A DNA stretch of 64,000 bases, taken from Candidatus Uhrbacteria bacterium (GTDB lineage: Bacteria; Patescibacteriota; Patescibacteriia; UBA9934; GWF2-40-263). A program made the position numbers and the translations under genes. This document shows positions 49,759 to 57,691 of the stretch, in pieces (within the stretch, counting starts at the first letter, position 1; every line of letters begins with the position of its first letter). Below the pieces are notes generated by a model, which searched no databases, was not told the DNA's origin, and was given only the letters and a program-made list of their open reading frames with translations. The stretch covers positions 138 through 64,137 of the forward strand of contig JACPHT010000001.1 in NCBI GenBank assembly GCA_016188475.1. The letters are read 5' to 3'.

Positions 49759-50262
49759 CTAATTTGCCCGTTTCATCTGCTGGACTTTTTTTAAAAACAC
49801 AATATCTCTTTGCTGAATAAAAGAACCCTCATAATTTGTTGGTTTATCGTTTTCAACTTTGGAAATTGCTTCATCTAATGGCAACCAAACGAGTTTAAAG
49901 TTTTGGCTTAATTCCTCTTCCGTGAAAGCAGGCGACCCTTTTGATGTTATTTTGCCTATATAACAATAGGATATTTGTTTCAAATTGAAATTTGAACGAT
50001 ATTCAATAATTTCCCCAACTTCACCAGTGACTTTAATTTCACTCCCGACTTCTTCCATAACTTCGCGGACCAGAGCTGCGGCCTTATTTTCGCCATCGTC
50101 GATTCCGCCGCCAGGTAATTTGTGATAGTTATAATTTGAAACAAATAGAAGAGGAATTAAGCCATTCTCGTCAAAAAGCACAGCTCTTGATGCTTCTCTA
50201 ATTTCCAAAGTTGATTCATCTTTAGGCCACTCTTTGTCTTTTATCTCGTGTAATAGTTCCAT
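49759..50262 (-). CDS. cassette-encoded NUDIX hydrolase
   Basis: Nudix box GGGIDDGENKAAALVREVMEEVGSE. Confidence 0.8.
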   Translation of the reverse strand: MELLHEIKDKEWPKDESTLEIREASRAVLFDENGLIPLLFVSNYNYHKLPGGGIDDGENKAAALVREVMEEVGSEIKVTGEVGEIIEYRSNFNLKQISYCYIGKITSKGSPAFTEEELSQNFKLVWLPLDEAISKVENDKPTNYEGSFIQQRDIVFLKKVQQMKRAN

Positions 50263-50323
50263 AGTAAATTATGAGGGTTCTTTATTTTTATAAATGTATC
50301 GGCAAGGGCAAATTAGCAATTGC

Positions 50324-50468
50324 GTATAACGGCCGGCGGCTGATCCGAAGTAAAAAGACACCTGACGTTTTTATGTTACAGGTGTCTTTTTATTTTGGAT
50401 AGCCGCCTGTTGTGCGACGTCGCTTTGCGACGGAGCGCAACAGAGGCGAAGCCGCCGGCCGTTATGCC
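50324..50468. repeat. cassette-junction element, copy 6
   Basis: Near-identical copy. Confidence 0.85.
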
Positions 50469-50549
50469 ATTACCGCCTAAGCGAGAGAAGGATGGCGTAT
50501 ACGCGCTGTTGTACGATTGCAGAACACCAACTTGAATTATGTAATCTTG

Positions 50550-51158
50550 CTAAATAGTAGTATGGACAAAGTCGTAAAATTGAGAAAAGTCTTTGACGAC
50601 AATAGACGGATTGCCGTTAATTAAATTTTGTTCATTTTGGTAACCACCAAGAATTCCAACAATTATTTTCACACCAACCTTCTTAGCTTCAGCAATATCT
50701 CCGGCTGTGTCGGTAATAAAAGTAACATTATTGGGTTCCAGAGCATATTTTTCAAATAGCATCTTAAATTTTTCTACCTTGCTTGTATGAACCTCATTGC
50801 CAAGAATCTTTTGAAAACAGGATAGTATGCCATGGCTCTGAAGATAGTCTTGAATGATATCACTTCGAGTACTTGAAATAATAAATAGTTGGAACTCTTG
50901 TGATAATTTTTGAATAAAGTCTTTCTTTTTTGAATCAATACCTAAATGTTTGAAACGGTCCCCGTACTCTCTAAAAAAGTCTATTTTTTTTACGACTTTG
51001 TCCTCGTATTTTACTTCATTAATATTACCATTGAAGGCATTTTGATATCGCTCCAAAGTTAAAGTTGGCCTTGAGAGCTTATTCACTTCAAAAGCTATGT
51101 CAAAACTATCAGCGATTACTCCATCAAAGTCGAAGATAATAGTAGGCTTATGATCCAT
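50550..51158 (-). CDS. cassette-encoded HAD-family hydrolase
   Basis: IIFDFDGVIADS motif I (DxDG). Confidence 0.7.
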   Translation of the reverse strand: MDHKPTIIFDFDGVIADSFDIAFEVNKLSRPTLTLERYQNAFNGNINEVKYEDKVVKKIDFFREYGDRFKHLGIDSKKKDFIQKLSQEFQLFIISSTRSDIIQDYLQSHGILSCFQKILGNEVHTSKVEKFKMLFEKYALEPNNVTFITDTAGDIAEAKKVGVKIIVGILGGYQNEQNLINGNPSIVVKDFSQFYDFVHTTI

Positions 51159-51189
51159 AGATCTTAAATAAAAGGGTGTTCTGCTTTTC

Positions 51190-51305
51190 GTACAACGTTC
51201 GCGCATAAGCGATGTTTGCCAGTTGTATAATATGCCGTTAGGCTTACAACTGGCAAATATGGGTGGAGCGACGAGGTACGAGGAGCGGAACCGTTTATGC
51301 GCTGT
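51190..51305. other. attC-like site
   Basis: GTACAAC-GTTCGCGCATAAGCG...CGTTTATGCGC-T-GTTAAGT with internal TTTGCCAGTTGTA/TACAACTGGCAAA dyad. Confidence 0.55.
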
Positions 51306-51326
51306 TAAGTGATGTGTTTGAGAATT

Positions 51327-52034
51327 CTACTTCAAATAGGTTTCCAGATTTTTGACCATTCGCCCCACATAAAGGTTTAGGCTTTTTTGGCCAATTTCCT
51401 TATTAACAATCCAATCGGGATGATTATCTGCAATTCCATTCGGACTTTTTTCAGCTATATTATCAGTTTCAAAGGCATCTTCGATGAAGGTCTTTTTTTC
51501 GTCTTTGCTTGGCGGAATGACAGTCGCTTCATCTATTACCATCATGTTTGAAATTTCGGTATTGCCTGCATGTCCATCTGATGGACCGCCAAGCATTTCA
51601 ACAAGCTTTTGTTCATCCTCATCGTTGCACATCTCAAGATGAACTATTTTAGCGGGCTGAAAAAAGTCCGATTTTTCTCGGATAAACTTTTGAATATATG
51701 GGTCATTATGATGAAACGATGTAATGAAAATATAATCTGCTTTTTGAAAAATAGAATTGCAGATATCAAACATTACTTGAGCAAGTGTTTCTTCGGTAAG
51801 ATAGACTGTGCCAAAAAAGCCACGGTGCTCTTGTGCACGAGAGAACTCTAACGTTGGAAGAATTACCAGCTCAGGAAACTGTTTCTCAACTTGATCAACA
51901 AGATAGTCAGTAATATACGTGTCAGTACCGAAGGGGGCGAATGGTCCATGTTGCTCAAGCGAACCTATTGGAACGACGAAATTGTATTTTGTATCACCAG
52001 ATAAATCTGGAAACCTCATTCTTTTTAATCTCAT
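51327..52034 (-). CDS. cassette-encoded creatininase-family amidohydrolase
   Basis: VVPIGSLEQHGP ... GTD ... GHAGNTE motifs. Confidence 0.65.
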   Translation of the reverse strand: MRLKRMRFPDLSGDTKYNFVVPIGSLEQHGPFAPFGTDTYITDYLVDQVEKQFPELVILPTLEFSRAQEHRGFFGTVYLTEETLAQVMFDICNSIFQKADYIFITSFHHNDPYIQKFIREKSDFFQPAKIVHLEMCNDEDEQKLVEMLGGPSDGHAGNTEISNMMVIDEATVIPPSKDEKKTFIEDAFETDNIAEKSPNGIADNHPDWIVNKEIGQKSLNLYVGRMVKNLETYLK

Positions 52035-52065
52035 ATTTTTAGTATAGATGAATTCTCAAACATTT

Positions 52066-52214
52066 CACTTAACGGCCGGCGGCTGATCCGAAGTAAAAAG
52101 ACACCTGACGTTTTTATGTTACAGGTGTCTTTTTATTTTGGATAGCCGCCTGTTGTGCGACGTCGCTTTGCGACGGAGCGCAACAGAGGCGAAGCCGCCG
52201 GCATGTCGGCATAA
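52066..52214. repeat. cassette-junction element, copy 7 (short variant), proximal to the recombinase
   Basis: Near-identical copy about 155 bp from the recombinase start. Confidence 0.85.
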
Positions 52215-52371
52215 CTAGTAAATATACGAACTTGTGTCGGATAAAATACTTTGAAAATGAATTATATGATGTGAGTAACCTGCGTTGACAAGTACATGAA
52301 ATCATGTAACAATAAGATTGTAAATAACCTCCTATTCTAATCTTGATGGGCGGTTTTTTTATATCTTCAAT

Positions 52372-53202
52372 ATGTTTTTAATTTCTAATACCGAACAAGC
52401 GTTGTTGTCTATTGACCAACTTCTACGCATAAAAAATTACAGTCCAAAAACAATAAAAAGTTACAAGGGCTGTTTGGCTAGATTCTTAAAACAGTTTCCT
52501 GATTGTTTGAACTATTCAAACATCGAGTGTATCAAAACATTCCTTTTATCCATGCGCGAATCTGGATTATCTCCTCAAACTATCAATGTACATCTTCAGG
52601 CAATACAATTTTATTTTCGTGAAATCTTACATCAACCATTCCGTTTCACTCTACCATACGCAAAACGACCGAAACGGTTGCCTGTCATACTTTCTAGATC
52701 AGAAATTGAACAAATTCTAAACCATATATCAAACACAAAACATAAAACCATGATCGCTCTGGCTTATGGGGCGGGACTCCGTGTCTCTGAAGTGGTTGAG
52801 TTGCGCTCTGGAAACGTAGATTTTCCTTCCGGAGTTTTATATATTTATCAAAGTAAAGGCAAAAAAGATCGTATAACAATTCTTCCAGAAATATTGCGCG
52901 ATGAATTACAAAAAGCGGTTTGTGGAAAATCACCGAACGATTATCTTTTTGCCAGCGAACGAGGCGGACGTTTGTCTGAACGTTCAATTCAAAAAGTATT
53001 TTCTCGTGCGCTTCATTCAACACAGATAAACAAACAAGCAACATTTCATTCACTGCGTCATAGCTTCGCAACACACGTTTTGGAACAAGGAACTGACATC
53101 AGATTCATTCAAAAACTTCTTGGCCATGCAAATATTAGAACAACACAAATTTACACTCACGTTTCAACAGCTTCTATCAGTGCAATCAAAAGCCCGCTAT
53201 AG
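52372..53202 (+). CDS. tyrosine site-specific recombinase, integron-integrase-like (XerC/D superfamily)
   Basis: R...HSLRHSFATHVLEQGTDIRFIQKLLGH...TTQIYTHV catalytic core; LPVILSRSEIEQIL and GAGLRVSEVVELRSGNVDF...YQSKGKKDRIT segments resemble IntI as recalled; transcribed divergently from the cassette array; appears to lack the long IntI-specific insertion. Confidence 0.7.
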   Translation: MFLISNTEQALLSIDQLLRIKNYSPKTIKSYKGCLARFLKQFPDCLNYSNIECIKTFLLSMRESGLSPQTINVHLQAIQFYFREILHQPFRFTLPYAKRPKRLPVILSRSEIEQILNHISNTKHKTMIALAYGAGLRVSEVVELRSGNVDFPSGVLYIYQSKGKKDRITILPEILRDELQKAVCGKSPNDYLFASERGGRLSERSIQKVFSRALHSTQINKQATFHSLRHSFATHVLEQGTDIRFIQKLLGHANIRTTQIYTHVSTASISAIKSPL

Positions 53203-53212
53203 ACAAAATAAT

Positions 53213-54319
53213 TTATTCCCGTGAGAGCCACCTCTCAGCATCAAGAGCGGCAACACAACCCGAACCGGCGGCTGTGACAGCTTGGCGATAATACGGATCA
53301 ATCACATCGCCTCCAGCAAATACTCCTTCAACACTTGTTTTTGAAGTGTTTGGTTTCACAACAATATATCCTTTGCGATCAAGTTCAAGTTGATTGACAA
53401 ACAAATCTGTGTTTGGTTGATGTCCAATCGCGACAAACAATCCATCAGCGGAAAAATCTGAAACAACGTTTGTGACATTATTCAAAACTCGAACTGCATT
53501 CATTCTTTTTCCATCGCCTAGAACCTCTTGAACTTCTGTGTTAAACATAAATCCAATCTTCGGATTCTTCATCGCTCGCTCCTGCATAATCTTTGACGCG
53601 CGCAACTCATTTCGTCTGTGTATCACTGTTACTTTGCTTGCAAAATGTGTAAGAAAATTCGCTTCCTCCATTGCCACGTCTCCGCCACCAACCACAATAA
53701 CGTGCTTGTCCTTGAAAAAAAATCCGTCACACGTTGCGCATGCGGAAACGCCGCGACCTTGATATTCTTTTTCACCTGGAACATTCAACCACAATGCTTT
53801 CGCGCCAGTACAGATAATAATCGCTTGGCTTGAATATACCGCTTCGTTTGTTTTTACAATAAATGGTAAAGATTGCTTCGCGGAGTTTACAATGAACGAA
53901 GATAAATTTATGCCTTCGACAAGCTCAGGCAATAAATTTGTCTGGGTCGAATGACTCGAAATGATATTTTTTTGTTCGACAAGCTCAGGCAATAAATTTA
54001 TAGGAGTCAAAGGGCTCGTAGTGACGGTCTTTTGTCGAGCGGAAAAATCAACTGAAACCACATCGTCGCTCACAATTCGAGTTCCAAATCGTTCAGCTTG
54101 TTTCTTGAAACGTTCCATGAGTTCTGGTCCAATTAACCCTTCTGGAAATCCGGGAAAATTTTCAACTTCGTTTGTTAACATCAACTGCCCTCCAGGCTGT
54201 CCGCCAATCTGTTTTCCTTCAAACAAAAGCGGTCGCAACTGCGCGCGCGCCGCGTAAATTGCCGCCGTATATCCAGCCGGACCAGAACCGATAATGATAA
54301 GATTTTCTGACGTACTCAC
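53213..54319 (-). CDS. trxB: thioredoxin reductase carrying an in-frame palindromic-element insertion
   Basis: GSGPAGYTAAIYAARA FAD motif, CATC redox site, GGGDVAMEEA NADPH motif. Confidence 0.9.
   Translation of the reverse strand: MSTSENLIIIGSGPAGYTAAIYAARAQLRPLLFEGKQIGGQPGGQLMLTNEVENFPGFPEGLIGPELMERFKKQAERFGTRIVSDDVVSVDFSARQKTVTTSPLTPINLLPELVEQKNIISSHSTQTNLLPELVEGINLSSFIVNSAKQSLPFIVKTNEAVYSSQAIIICTGAKALWLNVPGEKEYQGRGVSACATCDGFFFKDKHVIVVGGGDVAMEEANFLTHFASKVTVIHRRNELRASKIMQERAMKNPKIGFMFNTEVQEVLGDGKRMNAVRVLNNVTNVVSDFSADGLFVAIGHQPNTDLFVNQLELDRKGYIVVKPNTSKTSVEGVFAGGDVIDPYYRQAVTAAGSGCVAALDAERWLSRE
53872..54010. repeat. palindromic element (one full copy plus one partial copy) inserted in-frame in trxB
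   Basis: Cores GCCTTCGACAAGCTCAGGC at 53912-53930 and GTTCGACAAGCTCAGGC at 53974-53990; encodes NLLPELVEQKNIISSHSTQTNLLPELVEGINLSSFIVNSAKQS. Confidence 0.8.
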
Positions 54320-54338
54320 AAAATATAGAAATTATATT

Positions 54339-54357
54339 GCCTTCGACAGGCTCAGGC
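54339..54357. repeat. palindromic-element core in the trxB-trxA spacer
   Basis: GCCTTCGACAGGCTCAGGC flanked by ATTATATT / AATAATTT. Confidence 0.6.
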
Positions 54358-54365
54358 AATAATTT

Positions 54366-54677
54366 TTAGATATACTTCTCCAATTTTTCTTTCAACTGAT
54401 CTTTGCTCATTGTTCCTGAAAATTGTTCAACTGGTTGACCGCCTTTGAAAATGATAAAAGTAGGTATAGATAAAATGTTATATCTCTGCGCAAGTTCCGA
54501 ATGATCATCAACATTCACTTTTCCAACTTCAACTCCTTCAATCTCACCAGAAAGCTGTTCAACGATCGGACCCATGATTTTACATGGCCCGCACCACGGA
54601 GCCCAAAAATCCACAAAAACAGGTTTAGCAGATTGTAAAACGATTTGATCAAAATTTTCAGTCGTGAGTGATAACAT
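54366..54677 (-). CDS. trxA: thioredoxin
   Basis: WAPWCGPCK active site. Confidence 0.9.
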   Translation of the reverse strand: MLSLTTENFDQIVLQSAKPVFVDFWAPWCGPCKIMGPIVEQLSGEIEGVEVGKVNVDDHSELAQRYNILSIPTFIIFKGGQPVEQFSGTMSKDQLKEKLEKYI

Positions 54678-54680
54678 ATT

Positions 54681-56741
54681 TTATCTTTGACGAATTCCTT
54701 CAATTTTTAATTTTTGAGCAATGCTTTCTTCTGAATACGCTTCAAGCAAATCCCCTTCTTCAGGTTTAATTTTGCCGATGTAACTTATCCCAATCTCTTG
54801 ACCTTCTTTTGCTTCTTTCATTATTGACTTTCCAAGCTGCAAACTCTCGATAGAACCTTCGCCAATATATTCTCCATTTCTTGATAAGCGCAATTTCGCT
54901 CCGGGTTTCAAACTTCCTTTTTTCACTCGTCCGCCAATAATCCAGCCCTTGTCGTTTTTGTGAAAGTTCTTGAGCACTCCGAACGTTCCGAGTTCTGTAA
55001 CAACCTGTTCTGATGGAAGCATTTTTTGCATATCAACCATGATTGCTTCGAACAATTTGTAAATGATCTGATATTGTCGAATTTCAACTTTCTTGTCGCG
55101 CGAAAGTTGTTCAGCTGTTGTTGTTGGACGGACATTAAATCCTATGATGATCGCATGCGCGGCTTCAGCGCTTAACACATCAGAATCAGTAATGTTGCCA
55201 AGTCCTTTTTGAACAACCTTCACACCAACTTTATCATGATGAATCTTGTCGAGCATTCCCAAAATTGCTTCAAGCGACCCAAGAACATCACATCTGATAA
55301 TAAGATTCAAAACTTGTTTTCCGCTGTCTGATGATTCCACAGATTCGTCGTGAGATTGCAAATGGCGAATTGAAGCGACCTCTTCAGTAGCTTTGAACGA
55401 GGAGTCGGTTGATTTGATTCTTTTAAGCTCAGTTGATTTATCCGGAACTTCCATTATGTCTCCAACCGCTGGCGCAATTTTCCATCCAATAATTTTTGCA
55501 GGTGTTGAAGGAGGAGCTTCAGTGATCGCGTCGCCTTTCCAGTCTTGCATTGCTCGCACGCGACCATAAAGAGTGTCATGAACTGAAAGCGTGTCTCCAA
55601 CATGCAATGTTCCGCTTTGAACAAGCACTGTTGCGACAGGCCCAGAGCCTGAATCAACATGAGACTCGATTGTTGTCCCAAGCGCGCGATGATTTGGATT
55701 CGCGACAATGCGTTCTTTTTCCATGTCAGCAACAAGAATAAGTGTGTCAAGCAGTCCTTCAATGTTCGTTCCTTGTTTTGCTGAAATCAAAGACACTATT
55801 GTCTTCCCTCCCCAATCTTCAGGAACCAAATTTAGTTCTGACAATTCGCCTTTAACTTTATCAATGTTTGCTTCTGGTCTATCTATTTTGTTGATCGCGA
55901 CAATAAATGGAAGCCCTGCGGATTTGATAATATCAATCGCCTCTTTTGTTTGCGGCTGAACTCCATCATCAGCGGCAACAACCAAAATCGCGATGTCAGC
56001 TACTTTTGCGCCACGCGAACGCATAACAGTAAAAGCCTCGTGACCTGGAGTATCAATAAAAGTTATGTGCCTTCCATTTCGTTCAACTTGATACGCTCCG
56101 ATATGCTGTGTAATTCCACCAGCTTCAGATTCCATTACGTTCGTTTTTCGAATGGCATCGAGAAGTTTTGTTTTTCCATGATCAACGTGCCCCATCACAA
56201 CAACAACAGGAGCTCGCGGAAGTAAATTTTCGTCGACTTCTTTTTCAACACGATCGCGAATTTTTTCAAGGCCTCCAGTGTCTTCCTCTTTTGACTTTTC
56301 TTCTTGCACTGGAGCGAAACCAAGATCTTCAGCAATGATACTTGCTGTATCAAAATCAATTTGCTGGTTGATCGAAGCTAAAATTCCATTCTTCATTAGC
56401 TCTTGCATGACTCTAGGAACTGGCAATTCTAAACTTGATGCAAAATCTCGAACAGAAATCTTGGCTGGAATAGAAACTGGCTTGCGTTGAGCTGGTTCAA
56501 TGTCTTGTTTTCTGTCTGTATGAGACTTTTGAATTTCAACTTTTTGCGCTAGTCTTTGCTTGCGCATCATTTCAGCCCAAGCTTCAGTTATTTTTTGAGC
56601 CTGGCGGTTATCAATTTTGATTGCGCGCTGGCCAACACTAAAACCAAGCTCTGGCAATTTGTCGCGCAAGAGATTCGGGTGGACTTTCAGTCGTCGCGCA
56701 AGTTCGGTAATATTCATAAAATCAACACGAGTGTAATTCAA
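54681..56741 (-). CDS. infB: translation initiation factor IF-2
   Basis: [17 protein letters not shown] GTPase motifs; 686 aa. Confidence 0.95.
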   Translation of the reverse strand: MNYTRVDFMNITELARRLKVHPNLLRDKLPELGFSVGQRAIKIDNRQAQKITEAWAEMMRKQRLAQKVEIQKSHTDRKQDIEPAQRKPVSIPAKISVRDFASSLELPVPRVMQELMKNGILASINQQIDFDTASIIAEDLGFAPVQEEKSKEEDTGGLEKIRDRVEKEVDENLLPRAPVVVVMGHVDHGKTKLLDAIRKTNVMESEAGGITQHIGAYQVERNGRHITFIDTPGHEAFTVMRSRGAKVADIAILVVAADDGVQPQTKEAIDIIKSAGLPFIVAINKIDRPEANIDKVKGELSELNLVPEDWGGKTIVSLISAKQGTNIEGLLDTLILVADMEKERIVANPNHRALGTTIESHVDSGSGPVATVLVQSGTLHVGDTLSVHDTLYGRVRAMQDWKGDAITEAPPSTPAKIIGWKIAPAVGDIMEVPDKSTELKRIKSTDSSFKATEEVASIRHLQSHDESVESSDSGKQVLNLIIRCDVLGSLEAILGMLDKIHHDKVGVKVVQKGLGNITDSDVLSAEAAHAIIIGFNVRPTTTAEQLSRDKKVEIRQYQIIYKLFEAIMVDMQKMLPSEQVVTELGTFGVLKNFHKNDKGWIIGGRVKKGSLKPGAKLRLSRNGEYIGEGSIESLQLGKSIMKEAKEGQEIGISYIGKIKPEEGDLLEAYSEESIAQKLKIEGIRQR

Positions 56742-56759
56742 AATTCAAATAATGTCTAT

Positions 56760-57479
56760 ATGAATGGATTTTTGCTTATCAATAAACCGGAAGGACCGAC
56801 ATCTCATGATATTGTTGATTCTGTACGTAGAAATATCCAACCTCCGACTTCCAACCTCCGACTTCCGAAAGTTGGGCATGCCGGAACGCTTGATCCTTTT
56901 GCATCTGGACTTTTAATTGTTGGCGTTGGACGCGAAGCAACGCGTGAAATGCAAAAACTTGTTGGTTTAGATAAAACTTATGAGGCAGTGTTTGTTTTGG
57001 GAGCTTCATCTGATACTGATGATAAAACTGGGAAAATAACTTTGGTCCATCCACAAGAACCTTTGACGCAAGAACGTGTTCAAGAAGCTCTCAAACAATT
57101 TATTGGTGAAATAGAACAAACGCCACCGGTATATTCCGCGATAAAAATAGGCGGAAAAAAAATGTACGAAGCCGCTCGTGAAGGAAAACCAATAGAAGCT
57201 AAAGCAAGAGAAGTGACGATATATTCCATGAGCGAAGTCCAGTTTATCCCTTCGACTAGCTCAGGGAATAAACTGGACAAAGTCGAACGGGCGACTATCT
57301 CTTTAACCATTCACTGCTCATCCGGCACATATATCCGCGCGATCGCGCGAGATCTTGGGCAGGTGCTTGGCACTGGCGGATATGTTGAATCTCTTCGTCG
57401 AACAAAAATCGGACCGTTCGATATTTCTGAATGTAGCGAGTCAATTATTCCAATAAGTGCCTTTTTATCGAGGCTTTGA
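56760..57479 (+). CDS. truB: tRNA pseudouridine(55) synthase, carrying an in-frame palindromic-element insertion
   Basis: MNGFLLINKPEGPTSHDIV..GHAGTLDP..; ORF track extension to 56556 overlaps infB and is not translated. Confidence 0.85.
   Translation: MNGFLLINKPEGPTSHDIVDSVRRNIQPPTSNLRLPKVGHAGTLDPFASGLLIVGVGREATREMQKLVGLDKTYEAVFVLGASSDTDDKTGKITLVHPQEPLTQERVQEALKQFIGEIEQTPPVYSAIKIGGKKMYEAAREGKPIEAKAREVTIYSMSEVQFIPSTSSGNKLDKVERATISLTIHCSSGTYIRAIARDLGQVLGTGGYVESLRRTKIGPFDISECSESIIPISAFLSRL
57210..57300. repeat. palindromic element inserted in-frame in truB
   Basis: CCATGAGCGAAGTCCAGTTTATCCCTTCGACTAGCTCAGGGAATAAACTGGACAAAGTCGAACGG; stem arms changed compensatorily relative to the leuS copy. 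Confidence 0.75.
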
Positions 57480-57691
57480 CAAGTTACAGTTTTTTTGTTA
57501 ATCTTTTTTCGTCCTTTAATGATTTTACCGTTTCCGAAGAAGTCGCATTTGCGTGGCTTTTGCCCTCTATGCAATCAATTCGTCTCGCTAGCAACCAGAA
57601 TCTCAATTTATCCTTCTGCGTGAAGGCGATGTTGTTGTCATAGAACCAAAACCCGCAAAATGAGGCTTCTCGAAACATAACGAGAAGTTTT

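Noticed and set aside
41681-52214. Regularly spaced near-identical repeats resembling a CRISPR array
   Set aside because: Repeat unit is about 150 bp rather than 25-40 bp; the spacers are 0.3-2.4 kb, each encoding a complete gene; there are no cas genes; repeats are imperfect palindromes with R-box-like ends, consistent with integron cassette junctions.
56556-56759. N-terminal 68-codon extension of truB overlapping infB
   Set aside because: TruB orthologs begin at MNGFLLINKP; the extension overlaps the 3' end of infB on the opposite strand and is an ORF-finder artefact.
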